A stretch of 64,000 nucleotides of DNA from an uncultured archaeon (GCA_964486045.1 CAZALK010000016.1:32001-96000), one strand, 5' to 3'; shown: positions 18,819-29,612, numbered from the stretch's first letter. Notes: generated by a model from the letters alone, not told the origin. Numbers and translations are program-made.

Positions 18819-19751
18819 ATGTTTGAATATCACGAATTTATGGTTTTTGAGGTTGGAGACTCTGGGGATAAAAATCAGATAAATATTGAGAAGGAAGAAT
18901 TAAATTTTTATCTACATCCTGAAAAAGCCTTGATAATTGTCAGAGAAGATTTAAGAAGAATTTATCTCTGGAAAGGAGCAAGATCTAATGTTCGAAAACG
19001 ATTTTTAGGTTCTCGAACTGCTACAGAAATACAGGGTGAAATAATGAAACAAGGATATCATAGATGTAAAGTAATATCGGTTGATCAGGGAGATGAAGTC
19101 GAAGAATTTTTAAATGTTTTTGGTTTAGAATCAATGAAAGTATCCGAAAAGCTTGAAGATAAAGTGATTCTTCGGAATAGTGAGCGAGATCGTTTAGAGC
19201 AGCAAAAAATACTTGATACAAAAATCGAGACATCTGAATCTTCGAAACTCGATGAGATTAAGAAGTTTTTAGACGGTGATGAAAGCATGATTTGGATTAA
19301 AAGTACTACATTGAAGATAACGAAGGATTGGCTAAATTCACTAGTAAAAAATAAAAAATATAAAAATAGAATGAAAAAATTAGGAAAGTTAGATGATATA
19401 GGAGAGGAAACATTTGAGAAAAGAGAAGTAATAACGAATAAAAGACTTCTCACTAACAATAAGATCAATGAATTTTATGATTTTTCGGGGATATCGGAGA
19501 GTAATTTCCAATTACAGGGAAATGTCGCCGCTTTAAACTTGAAAGGGCTTAGAGCTTTCGATATAGAGGAATCGAAAGGGATATACAATATTTGGTTTCA
19601 TGCTGAACCAGAAAATGAAGGTGATTACGCGTTTCTTTTTGAAGGTCTTACAACCGAAGAATATTATAAAATTATTAATATTTTTACAACCTCATATATA
19701 GCAGAGATACCAAAACAAGCGGGAAAATTAACGTATATTCAGAAAAGTTAA
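18819..19751 (+). CDS. Gelsolin-like domain protein with a PH-like C-terminal region
   Basis: RRIYLWKG...VDQGDEVEEFLNVF gelsolin signature; C-terminal LDGDESMIW...VITNKRLL. Confidence 0.75.
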   Translation: MFEYHEFMVFEVGDSGDKNQINIEKEELNFYLHPEKALIIVREDLRRIYLWKGARSNVRKRFLGSRTATEIQGEIMKQGYHRCKVISVDQGDEVEEFLNVFGLESMKVSEKLEDKVILRNSERDRLEQQKILDTKIETSESSKLDEIKKFLDGDESMIWIKSTTLKITKDWLNSLVKNKKYKNRMKKLGKLDDIGEETFEKREVITNKRLLTNNKINEFYDFSGISESNFQLQGNVAALNLKGLRAFDIEESKGIYNIWFHAEPENEGDYAFLFEGLTTEEYYKIINIFTTSYIAEIPKQAGKLTYIQKS

Positions 19752-19895
19752 TTTTAACAGAGTTAATATTAGTTCATAATGAAGAACCGTGAATAGATTT
19801 TTGATTTAAAACTCAATAAACAAATTTAACAAACAAAATCAATTAAATTGATTTACTATCATTATTTACATTCTTAATTTTCCGTTGATTAATTG

Positions 19896-20729
19896 TTAAT
19901 TATTTTGCTCATCCATTTGTTTTATTTCTTTTGAGACCTTTTTAAAACTTCTTATCAATTTCATTATCGAAAATCCTCTAAAAGACTTACCATTATCTTT
20001 ACATGTAGGTAACGCATATGGGATGACAGTACTACAACTTTTTTCAACATCAGTCATCACGTATTTTCTAAGTATTTCCAATTCACGGTTGTACGTTTCC
20101 TTGTCCTTCCAAGCTTCAATAACATTGGAATTTTTACTTAAATTTGTGTCAATCATACCTGGGTTAAATATGTTTATTTTTATATTGTTTTCGTCTTTTT
20201 CAAATTCCTTTGCCAAGCACTTAGAAAACGCAAGAACCCCTCCTTTAGATGCTGAATATATCGTCATATGTTCTATTGGCCTGTCAGCACCTCCACCAGA
20301 GAGTGTAATTATCCTACCGTATCCTTGGCTGATCATGTGAGGCAATACAGTTGCTACTGAATTAATGATTCCAATTAAATTAATTCCAATGACAGCTTTA
20401 GCATCAACATTCACTTTTTCTAATGGGATATATTCAAAGGGACCATATGTTAGGTTAATACCTGCATTAGCTACTAAAATCCGAATTGAACCGAAAGAGT
20501 TAACAGTTTTATCAACGAGTGATTTTACAGAATCGGGATCTGAAACATCACAGGTCATACCAATAACTGAATCCCCAAACTCTTCTTTGAATTCTGAAAG
20601 AGTTTGGTTTACACTATCTTCATTTCGGGAGCAAATCATAACCTTACATCCTTCTCTTAGGAATAATTCTGCTGTTTTTTTCCCAATACCACTCGTGGAA
20701 CCCGTTATAAGCGCGGTTTCGTTTTTCAT
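19896..20729 (-). CDS. Short-chain dehydrogenase/reductase
   Basis: ITGSTSGIG, VANAG, YSASK, NPGMIDT. Confidence 0.93.
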   Translation of the reverse strand: MKNETALITGSTSGIGKKTAELFLREGCKVMICSRNEDSVNQTLSEFKEEFGDSVIGMTCDVSDPDSVKSLVDKTVNSFGSIRILVANAGINLTYGPFEYIPLEKVNVDAKAVIGINLIGIINSVATVLPHMISQGYGRIITLSGGGADRPIEHMTIYSASKGGVLAFSKCLAKEFEKDENNIKINIFNPGMIDTNLSKNSNVIEAWKDKETYNRELEILRKYVMTDVEKSCSTVIPYALPTCKDNGKSFRGFSIMKLIRSFKKVSKEIKQMDEQNN

Positions 20730-20863
20730 TCTCACTTTTCAATCACTTTTTCTCAAAATTCTTTTAATTAGTTTAGTTATCTAAATAATCTAAATGTTTT
20801 AGTATAAAAATGAAAATTAATTACTTAATCCAACAATCTAAAAAAATCATTAGATGATAAGAA

Positions 20864-21463
20864 ATGATAAAAAATAAGATACGTCCTGGTTCATATTTAT
20901 TTCCTACTCCTACTGTACTCATAGGAGCAAATGTAAACGGTAAGGCTAATTTTAATGCGATAGGATGGGTGAGCGGTCTTGAATTTGGCCCTCCTTTGAT
21001 ATCGATTTCGTCAAATCAACAACATCATAATAATGTTGGAATAAAAGAAAATCAGACTTTTAGTGTTAACACACCTTCAGCTGATATGGTTGAAATTACC
21101 GATTATTGTGGAATACAATCAGGGAAAAGAGAGGATAAATCGGAGATTTTTGATGTATTTTATGGTGAATTGAAAACAGCCCCTATGATTAAAGAAGCCC
21201 CCCTAAACTTGGAATGCAAAGTGATTCATACTGTTGATACTAGTGAAATTGCCAACGCGAAGAATGGTCATGATATTTTCATTGGAGAAGTAGTACAAGC
21301 CTATTCTGAAGAAAAATATTTAACAAATGGAACACCAGATATAGAAAAAATTCAACCACTGGTATTATCAGGTTCAAGGGGTAAATATAGATATTACAAA
21401 ATTGGTGAAGAACTCGGAACAGCTTGGAATATCGGACTTAACTATAAAAAGAATAAGAAATAA
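20864..21463 (+). CDS. Flavin reductase family protein
   Basis: GANVNGKAN, FSVN, DYCGIQSG, APMIKEAPLNLEC, HDIFIGEV. Confidence 0.92.
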   Translation: MIKNKIRPGSYLFPTPTVLIGANVNGKANFNAIGWVSGLEFGPPLISISSNQQHHNNVGIKENQTFSVNTPSADMVEITDYCGIQSGKREDKSEIFDVFYGELKTAPMIKEAPLNLECKVIHTVDTSEIANAKNGHDIFIGEVVQAYSEEKYLTNGTPDIEKIQPLVLSGSRGKYRYYKIGEELGTAWNIGLNYKKNKK

Positions 21464-21543
21464 TTCACCACCTATTTTTAATTTATCAGTTGGTGTCTAG
21501 AAAGCATGAAATAATTCAGGTGATAATCAAAATCTGATTTAAT

Positions 21544-22137
21544 ATGGCAGGACTTACTCTTACTACAGCAGAATTTAATACTATAATCACAATGTTAGGT
21601 TGTTTGTGTGCAACAGTTCAGACCGTAACAGGAATGTACGCCGCATATTATAAGAAAAAAATTTCTTTACTAAAGACAAACGACAAATTATTTAGAACTC
21701 ATAGGGCTTTTGGTAGTTTCGCAACTATATTCTATTTTCTTGGACTATTTGCGGGAACTATTGGTTTTATAGGTGGAATATTTTTCGGAGACCCACCATT
21801 TGAAGTCCAAAGCTATAGCTACAATTTTCATGTATAGCCTAGCTTTGCGGTTGCAGTAATTATTATATGGAAAACATATATTTCATACTTCAAAAAACCC
21901 TCAATATACAAAAAAGGTAAATGGTTAGGAGTTGCTACTTTTACCGCTTGGTCTTACACTTGGATTAGTGCTTCAATATCTTATTATTTAAGAACATTAC
22001 CCTCCAATCCTCAACATCCCCCTCCTACCTTTTTATTACCATTTGAATTATTATGGCTTCAAATTCTCATTCCTTTTCTACTAGGAATTTTAATAGGTTT
22101 TTTCTTAGTACGATCACCAGATAAGTTAGAGAAATGA
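21544..22137 (+). pseudogene. Multi-pass membrane protein (cytochrome b-like His pattern) interrupted by an in-frame TAG
   Basis: The frame continues 99 codons past TAG 21835-21837 (PSFAVAVIIIWK...RSPDKLEK*); His in LFRTHRAFG and NFHV. Confidence 0.75.
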
Positions 22138-22202
22138 ATAAAATATGATTTAAATTGATAAGTTTTTAATAAAAAAAAAAAAATTCAAATTAAAAAAATA
22201 GA

Positions 22203-23240
22203 TTAGATTGCGTATCTTTGACTAATATTGGTTTGAAATTGAATTTCCGAATGCGATTCCTCTTGATATCCCCCTCTTTTTGAAACCAAATAGAATTGAA
22301 CTAAATTTTCCTCATGAACTAAGGTAATTCCCCGCCATTTATTATCTTTAGATGTAAATTCAACAACATTTCCAAGACCAGCTCCTTCTCTTGTAGTGTA
22401 TTCTAAAGATAATTCATGCAATAATTGTAGAAATACATCATGAGAATCGGATGTTTCATTTTTACGAGGTTCGTCCTTAAATCTTAAAGCTTCAATTGAA
22501 AAAGCTTTAAGGATATCTTTGCTCATAGTCTTCCATGCAATTGGATTTGCATAAAATTCGATTCCAATAAATTCACCATTAATGAACACTGCTACCCCAC
22601 ATTGATTATTTACATTCTCGAAGTTTTTAATCATCTTATCCGTTTGTTTTTCAGTGTTTTTAGTCATTTCAAGATAACTTTGAGTCGGAGCAACACCAGC
22701 GGCATATTTCATTTCTGATCTGTGAGCCTGGATTTCCCCCCAGACTGCACCTTGACCAGCCGCAGACATAGACTCAAAAGCAACATTAGGATGCAACCTC
22801 ATATTTGTGGATTTAAATCCACGCTTCCCTGTGTAATCCCATCTTGATTGCTCTATACATTTAGCAGGGATACTATATTTTTGACTTCCGGTTTCATATT
22901 TATCTTTGAATACATTTTGTTTTCCCCCCACTGGCAATAATATCGGTTCCCAAATTGTTCTATCTTGTTTTCCACCATGAACTGTCATTCCGAATGGTAT
23001 TAGTACTTGTTTATCACTCTTATTTACGACTTCTAATTGGTTTACTGTTTCCGTTTCTACAATCTCAATTAATTCCAATTCTTCGGCTTCTTTTATGGTT
23101 ATAAACTCAATAAATTTATCATCATGAACAATGATAGGGATAAGTGTTATATTCTCATAAACTTGAGGTGTGCCTAAATTAAGAAAATTTAAGGGATTCT
23201 CAAATACTGATTTTACAACTTGAATACTTTTATCTTTCAT
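22203..23240 (-). CDS. ARPP-1 / DUF6569 family protein
   Basis: YENITLIPI, VNQLEVVN, GGKQDR, CIEQSRW, QGAVWGEI, GVAVFING. Confidence 0.8.
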   Translation of the reverse strand: MKDKSIQVVKSVFENPLNFLNLGTPQVYENITLIPIIVHDDKFIEFITIKEAEELELIEIVETETVNQLEVVNKSDKQVLIPFGMTVHGGKQDRTIWEPILLPVGGKQNVFKDKYETGSQKYSIPAKCIEQSRWDYTGKRGFKSTNMRLHPNVAFESMSAAGQGAVWGEIQAHRSEMKYAAGVAPTQSYLEMTKNTEKQTDKMIKNFENVNNQCGVAVFINGEFIGIEFYANPIAWKTMSKDILKAFSIEALRFKDEPRKNETSDSHDVFLQLLHELSLEYTTREGAGLGNVVEFTSKDNKWRGITLVHEENLVQFYLVSKRGGYQEESHSEIQFQTNISQRYAI

Positions 23241-23244
23241 ATTT

Positions 23245-23655
23245 TTATTCCTCCTTTTTGTTTTTTTTTATATCTTCTTCTTTCTCTCCACTTTCTTCTT
23301 CATAAAGTGGATCAATATATTGATTTACTACATTTTTACCATTTTTTGTAAGCTCAACCCCATAAGAAACTTGGATTTTCCCTCCTGCCCCAATTCCATT
23401 AATTCTTGTTCCTCTTTCTTTAGGTATTTCTTCTTCTGACAATTCTTCAGTATGAGATTTGATAAGCCCTCCTTTTTTGAGAGCATTTAAATGATAATTT
23501 AGACTCTGTTTTTGGATACCAATATTTTCTGCAATCTTTTTAGGCCTTTGAGGACTTTCTGAGAGTTCCCTCATTATATCTGCTCTTACTGGGTTTCTAA
23601 ACACAATACCAACCTTCTCAAATATAGCTTTCTTCTTTTTTTTTTTCTTTGTCAT
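23245..23655 (-). CDS. ArsR-like winged-helix transcriptional regulator
   Basis: NPVRADIMREL...IAENIGIQKQSLNYHLNALKKGGLI. Confidence 0.88.
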   Translation of the reverse strand: MTKKKKKKKAIFEKVGIVFRNPVRADIMRELSESPQRPKKIAENIGIQKQSLNYHLNALKKGGLIKSHTEELSEEEIPKERGTRINGIGAGGKIQVSYGVELTKNGKNVVNQYIDPLYEEESGEKEEDIKKNKKEE

Positions 23656-23678
23656 TATTAATCAAGTCAAGATTCTTT

Positions 23679-23705
23679 TTATGGTAAAAACTCTTTTTAC
23701 TGTAA
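23679..23705. promoter_or_regulatory. 12-3-12 imperfect inverted repeat, candidate ArsR-type operator
   Basis: TTATGGTAAAAA-CTC-TTTTTACTGTAA (10/12 match), 24-50 nt upstream of the regulator ATG. Confidence 0.55.
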
Positions 23706-24416
23706 GAAAAATAAAATCATTTTCTTATTTAAATGTTTGTGTTGAATTTAATATAATTTGGTTTGAACTGTCCGTGTGAATCCGCAAGATTTACCATCTC
23801 GCTAATAAAAGTTTTACATGACTCAATTAATGTTGTAAAGGCCGATTCAATGTTATTGCTATATTTGGGAAATCTAAAGATATTGTTAATATTTGTTCTA
23901 ATGATTTTTGAAAGTACATCTACATCACCCATTTCAGTTTTTTAGGTTTACCCCTTCTCATAACTTTCTTTATTTTATGGCGCAATAGCATTGTTTTGAA
24001 AAAACTTTCTAAAATATTTCTACGTTCACCAAAGGCATTATTAAAATCTCTTTTTGAGATAAGAAAACCACTTTAGCGAAGATTTTATCTTTAAAAATTA
24101 ATTTAGTAGTCTAATTTATAATTAGGTTCCTTGATAAAATAAGAATATTGGTTTTAGCCCACTATATTGACCAATCTATTCTTTTTATCTCAATAATTAA
24201 TTTATTTCATCGCTGAATTCTAGAGCCTATATATTATTCCCCCATCTATGTCGATCTAATCAAATTTTAAGGCACATTTCAATTATTAGATAGATTATTT
24301 TTGCCAAATAAGCCGCAAATATATATATTATTATACTTTATTGTTATTTTAATTTCGATTTTTTTAAACAATTCGAAATTCAAAAAATAAAATTTAACAA
24401 AAAAAAAGTGTAAAAA

Positions 24417-27400
24417 ATGTTTAAGATGAAAAAAAAATCGATTAAAATTAGTGCATTGCTTTTTTTCGGATTACTTTTTCTTTCAAATGTCTACGGGGTA
24501 ATTGGTGCGATTCCTTCTGAATCATCAGAGGAAACTAATAGTAGTGCAGAAGAACTTATAGATACAGAAGTACCAATCTATGATGATAATACAAACGTTG
24601 TTGCTGGGTTAGAACCAATAGATTTTACTGGAGAGGAATTTAGTGAACCCGTTAACTATGATCGGGACGCTATAGAATGGCGTCCGATTGAAGAATCTTT
24701 GAGAAATTATGAATTCAATTCTGAAGTTGCTGGAGCATCTATAGCAACTGCTTCCTATAATGTCGCTACAGGAGTAGAAACAATAAAAGATCCTCAATTT
24801 TTCCCATCAGCAGAAGTTATGCCTGATCTTTCTTTTGTTGAGCCCTATGCAGGACTTCTAGCTGGTGAAAATGGAGCTGAAGCTGTTATTGGCGCAGACG
24901 ATAGATTGTGGAGGACTGATAATGATGTTTATCCTTGGAGAACAGTTGTTAAAATCTACACCTCTGCAGCAGACGGTACTAATTGGATTGGCTCTGGTGC
25001 AATGATTGATAATTATCATGTACTTACAGCGGGGCATGTTGCCTTTCTACCAGATAATGGTGGTTGGGCAAGCCAGTTAGAAATTGTTCCAGGAATGGAT
25101 ACATCTGATACTCCTCCTGATCCATACGGTCATGCTTATGCCACTCTTATGCGATCATACACTGGATGGACAGTTAGTGAAAGTTCACAACATGATTGGG
25201 CAGTAATTACTCTTGATCGTAATGTTGGTATGTATACAGGCTGGATGGGTCGTACAACCGCTGGTTCTTCAAGTTCGATTTATTCAGGTACAATGAATGT
25301 AGCAGGATATCCAGGTGATTTATTCGGTGGAAATCGAATGTATTGGGATGCCGATGCTGGAGATGGTGCTACCTCAAATAATCACTATTACTGGGCAGAC
25401 ACTGCAGGCGGTATGAGTGGTGGTCCGGTATGGAGATATGTAAGTGGTAGTCGTTATATTATGTCAGTACATGCGTATGGGCGTGGTGGAACTGATTCTA
25501 ACTTTGGAACTCGATTAAACAATGACAAATACGATAGAATTTTTACTTGGTTAGGAGCGGATTCAGCTCCTACTGATAAAGCAGATTTAGTCGATAGGGG
25601 TTCTGCCTATGATTTAATCACATCAGGAACTTGGACTGCTAGTGTTACAACTGTTACCTTAACTAATGGAATAAGGAATGTAGGTACTGCATCTTCAGGT
25701 ACTTATAACGTCCACTATTATGCTTCAACCAATGATTATATCTCAACATTTGATTATTATATAGGAACAAGTACTTCAGAATCAACTGGAGCATTCGGCA
25801 CGGATAGCGCAACATTTACTGGAACTCTTCCTGCAAATATTCCAGCTGGTGTCTATTACATCGGATGGATTATAGATAATGATGATACTGTTGATGAGTT
25901 TGATGAAACGAATAATAGAGCAGTTTATGCTTCTCAACGTACAATATTAGGCGCACCACCGCCTTCAGGATATATTGAAGTGACGGTAAGAGATAGCGTT
26001 ACATCGAGTCTCATTTCTTCTGCCTTTGTATCAGTTAAGGATAATACTGATACAGTTATTGATACTGGATGGACTGACGGTTCTGGTTTCTACAATATTA
26101 CAGGATTAGATATCGGATGGCACACTATTGACGTTTCTAAGGTGGGCTATTATGATCAACAAAAAGTCGACTATATAAACTGGGATGGTGACGATGACTA
26201 TCTCACGTTTTATATGGTAGAAATGCCGCCCGATAGCAGCTATATCGAAGTAATTGTTAGAGATTCCGTTACTTCTAGCCTTATCCCTTCTGCTTATGTG
26301 CAAGTCACGAATATGTCTTCGGGATTAGTAATCGACACGGGATATACTAATGGTGCTGGTTTCTATAATGCTACAGGGTTGTTTATAGGTTGGTATGAAA
26401 TATCAGTATCTAAAACTGGTTATAAAGACCAGACAAAGCAGAATTACATAAATTGGAACGGAGACGATGATTATCTCTGGTTTTATCTAGATAAAATGCC
26501 TATTAATAGCGGATACATTGAAGTAAGAACTTACAATGAAACAGGAGGAGTATTGTCAGGTGTTCTTGTAAGAGCATGGAACAATTCTGGTGCGACCTTG
26601 GTTAGTCAAGGATTTACTAATATCAATGGCACTTACAACATTACTGGCTTAGTTATCGGATGGTATGAGGTCAATGTGACATATCTAGCATATCAAGAAC
26701 AGTCTAAATCAGATTATATTAACTGGAATGGAGATGATGACTATTTATCTTTTTGGATGGTTCCGAACCCTCCTGATAGTGGATATATAGAAGTAAATGT
26801 GTATGACAGCGCATCATTTCTTCCAATATCTTGGGCGACAATCGAGGTTACCAATCAATCGTCTGGTTTGCTAATCCAAACAGGTTTTACTGACCCTTCA
26901 GGATTTTATAAAGTCGTGAACTTAACTATCGGTTGGTACACCGTTGAAATTAAGAAAGTAGGTTATCAATCTCAATCAAAACAAACTTATATAAATTGGG
27001 CAGGAGATGATGATTATCTCACTTTCTACATGGTAGAATTGCCACCAGATAGTGGATATATTGAAGTAACAGTAAAAGATGATGATACACTAGCACCGAT
27101 TCAAAACGTACTTGTAACTACTTATTATTCAAACGGAACCTACTTTAGCAGTGGATGGACTGATAGTCTTGGATTTTATAATGTAACTGGATTGTATATT
27201 GGCTGGTATGAGGTCGTAGTAACACATTCAAATTACGGAGGAGATTCTATAATGGATTACATTAATTGGAATGGAGACGATGACTATCTTAATTTCTATC
27301 TGGTAATAAAACCACCAGGATGGATCGAAGTGAGTGTGTATGATAGTAGATCATATATTCCGATTTCTAATGCATTAGTACGGTGTTATAATACAACAAG

Positions 27401-29174
27401 TGGAGAATTATTTGACTCAGGATATACAGACGTAAATGGTTTCTACAACATTACTGATTTATTAATTGGCTGGTGGACCGTAAATGTTTCATTACCGGGC
27501 TATGATCTATTATCTCAATTTGATTATATCAATTGGAGAGGAGATGATGATTATCTCACGTTTTACTTAGCTATGAACGTACCTGTATTCTCTGGTACAG
27601 TTGCAATCTTTCGAGATAGACTTCCATGGAATTTAAACATGACAGAACCTGTCTTAGTGAATTATGGTATTCCGTATACTCTCTATAATTCTTCTGATTT
27701 TGGTTCTGTTGATCTTTCATCATTTGATAAAGTTATTATCCCTTCTGATCAAACTCAAACTTTTTACAATAGACTTTCAGGAAATAGTTCATGGTTTGAA
27801 TCCTACGTGTCGAACGGAGGCTTTCTTGATTTACGCCTTACTGATCGAGGTTGGGCTAGTAGTAATTGGGATGGATTAGTTATGCCCGGAGGCTTGAACA
27901 AAACTTGGGTGTATCTCGAAGATGTCTCAATTAATTTGCCTTTACATCCAATATTAAATAATCCATTTTTAGTGGAGGATGTCGAGCTCGATGGATGGCT
28001 TTATTCAGCACATGGATATTTCCATCAATACCCTACCGACGCAAAGAAAATTCTCCTCTATCCTGCTGCTAATGAACCAGTCATGCTTGAATTTATGTAT
28101 GGCTCTGGTTTTATAGTCGCTACAATGCAAACAATAGAGTGGAATGAGAATAAAAATCTTACTCGGATACTTGAAAACATGATTCTTTACAATCCTGGAG
28201 ATGGTTTTGCCTCTATAAATGTCACTTCTCCTATTAACACCGATTCATGGGATATTTCCACAACTCATACAATTACTTGGGATGCCACGGGTACATTCCC
28301 TAATGTAAAGATTGATCTCTATGAGAATGGAGTGTTTGTCATGGAACTTGCGGCATCTACACCAAATGACGGAAGTTATTCATGGGATGTTCCTATAGGA
28401 CTTAGCAATTCTACGTTATATCAAATAAAAGTTTCAGATGTTGACTATCCAGCAACGACTGATTTTAGTGACAATTTCGAGATAGAAGATTTACGTTCTC
28501 TTACTGTCGTCGTGCCTGATAGTACTACAACTTGGGCATTAGGCGATATACAAGACATCACCTGGACCTCGACCGGAAGCATCGCAAACGTAAAAATCGA
28601 GCTTTATGAGAATGGTGGTCTCTTATTGGTACTTGCAGCATCAACTTCTAATGATGGTTCTTTTTCCTGGACTATTCCAATAAGTCTTAGTGAGTCCCTA
28701 TTATATCAAATAAGAGTCTCAGACGCCTTAGATACCGCGATGGAAGATTACAGTGAAAATTTTGAGATTGAAGATACTCGATCTATTACTGTCGTCGTGC
28801 CGGATAGTTCTAGCTCATGGATATTTGAAAACACTTATGATATTAGTTGGACATCTACTGGCCCTATAGCTAATGTTAAGATTGAACTATATGCAAGTTT
28901 AATCTTAGTAATGGTGATTACAGCATCCACATCAAATGATGGGTTATATTCATGGCTTGTACCTAATACGCTAGTAAATTCCACAGAATACATAATAAGA
29001 ATAAGCGACGTCTTATATCCAATAATATATGATGATAGCGATACTTTTACGATAAGTGGTCCTTCAAGTGCAATTCCTGGATATGATTTATTGATTCTAA
29101 GTAGTCTTTTAGTTGGTGTTTCAATATATCTAATCATTAGAAAACGGAAGAAATTAAGCATTCCAGATAGTTAA
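24417..29174 (+). CDS. Large surface-anchored V8/glutamyl-endopeptidase-like serine protease (propeptide, protease, CARDB-like, 6 beta-sandwich repeats, 3 Kre9/KNH-like repeats, Loki-CTERM-like tail)
   Basis: LTAGH, HDWAV, DTAGGMSGGPV, VHAYG; DEFDETNN; NDGSYSW-type x3; IPGYDLL-TM-RKRKK. Confidence 0.88.
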   Translation: MFKMKKKSIKISALLFFGLLFLSNVYGVIGAIPSESSEETNSSAEELIDTEVPIYDDNTNVVAGLEPIDFTGEEFSEPVNYDRDAIEWRPIEESLRNYEFNSEVAGASIATASYNVATGVETIKDPQFFPSAEVMPDLSFVEPYAGLLAGENGAEAVIGADDRLWRTDNDVYPWRTVVKIYTSAADGTNWIGSGAMIDNYHVLTAGHVAFLPDNGGWASQLEIVPGMDTSDTPPDPYGHAYATLMRSYTGWTVSESSQHDWAVITLDRNVGMYTGWMGRTTAGSSSSIYSGTMNVAGYPGDLFGGNRMYWDADAGDGATSNNHYYWADTAGGMSGGPVWRYVSGSRYIMSVHAYGRGGTDSNFGTRLNNDKYDRIFTWLGADSAPTDKADLVDRGSAYDLITSGTWTASVTTVTLTNGIRNVGTASSGTYNVHYYASTNDYISTFDYYIGTSTSESTGAFGTDSATFTGTLPANIPAGVYYIGWIIDNDDTVDEFDETNNRAVYASQRTILGAPPPSGYIEVTVRDSVTSSLISSAFVSVKDNTDTVIDTGWTDGSGFYNITGLDIGWHTIDVSKVGYYDQQKVDYINWDGDDDYLTFYMVEMPPDSSYIEVIVRDSVTSSLIPSAYVQVTNMSSGLVIDTGYTNGAGFYNATGLFIGWYEISVSKTGYKDQTKQNYINWNGDDDYLWFYLDKMPINSGYIEVRTYNETGGVLSGVLVRAWNNSGATLVSQGFTNINGTYNITGLVIGWYEVNVTYLAYQEQSKSDYINWNGDDDYLSFWMVPNPPDSGYIEVNVYDSASFLPISWATIEVTNQSSGLLIQTGFTDPSGFYKVVNLTIGWYTVEIKKVGYQSQSKQTYINWAGDDDYLTFYMVELPPDSGYIEVTVKDDDTLAPIQNVLVTTYYSNGTYFSSGWTDSLGFYNVTGLYIGWYEVVVTHSNYGGDSIMDYINWNGDDDYLNFYLVIKPPGWIEVSVYDSRSYIPISNALVRCYNTTSGELFDSGYTDVNGFYNITDLLIGWWTVNVSLPGYDLLSQFDYINWRGDDDYLTFYLAMNVPVFSGTVAIFRDRLPWNLNMTEPVLVNYGIPYTLYNSSDFGSVDLSSFDKVIIPSDQTQTFYNRLSGNSSWFESYVSNGGFLDLRLTDRGWASSNWDGLVMPGGLNKTWVYLEDVSINLPLHPILNNPFLVEDVELDGWLYSAHGYFHQYPTDAKKILLYPAANEPVMLEFMYGSGFIVATMQTIEWNENKNLTRILENMILYNPGDGFASINVTSPINTDSWDISTTHTITWDATGTFPNVKIDLYENGVFVMELAASTPNDGSYSWDVPIGLSNSTLYQIKVSDVDYPATTDFSDNFEIEDLRSLTVVVPDSTTTWALGDIQDITWTSTGSIANVKIELYENGGLLLVLAASTSNDGSFSWTIPISLSESLLYQIRVSDALDTAMEDYSENFEIEDTRSITVVVPDSSSSWIFENTYDISWTSTGPIANVKIELYASLILVMVITASTSNDGLYSWLVPNTLVNSTEYIIRISDVLYPIIYDDSDTFTISGPSSAIPGYDLLILSSLLVGVSIYLIIRKRKKLSIPDS
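25965..27572 (+). repeat. Six ~90-aa intragenic repeats
   Basis: Each approximates GYIEV...GxTxxxGFYNITGLxIGWY...YINWxGDDDYLxF. Confidence 0.9.
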
Positions 29175-29252
29175 TTAACGAAAACTGACGAAAATAGATT
29201 CAATATAAATAGTTTTTTTTTTATTTTTTATTCTTATTTTTCTGAAGCTTTA

Positions 29253-29612
29253 CTATTGATTAAAAAATTTAATTGACGATAGATCTGACCAAACTTGCTT
29301 TAATTCTGGTTTTTTTGGTCTATCTTCTCTTGGTTTTGTTGTAGGAATTTTTAACCTTGGGCTTATTACTGGACCAATATCTTGCATTGCTCGAGGAGGT
29401 CCAACTTTAGCTTCTTTAGTAAAAAAAACGCACAATCCATCATTATCTCTAATCCAACCGTCTTGATAAAAACCCAAATGCTTTCCTTCATAGGTGTAAA
29501 CAGAATCTTCATTGACGTATGCTAGTGGTTCTCCAGTGAATCTAAAGACATGACAATTATCTTCGGTGTAAGCTATAAGACTTCCCGTTTTATTATAAAA
29601 TATGTTTGACAT
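29253..29612 (-). CDS. 4-fold beta-flower-like protein
   Basis: Four short repeats (YNKTGSLIAY / FRFTGEPLAY / YTYEGKHLGF / RDNDGLCVFF), Pro-rich tail, WSDLS..FF. Confidence 0.7.
   Translation of the reverse strand: MSNIFYNKTGSLIAYTEDNCHVFRFTGEPLAYVNEDSVYTYEGKHLGFYQDGWIRDNDGLCVFFTKEAKVGPPRAMQDIGPVISPRLKIPTTKPREDRPKKPELKQVWSDLSSIKFFNQ

Noticed and set aside
23729-24060. Short ORFs 23729..23932 (-) and 23763..23945 (+) and an adjacent open stretch
   Set aside because: No recognisable motif or SD; possibly a decayed gene but unsupported
25965-27572. Periodic repeats as a CRISPR array or DGR
   Set aside because: They are ~270-nt protein-coding repeats with synonymous divergence; no cas or reverse transcriptase gene in the window
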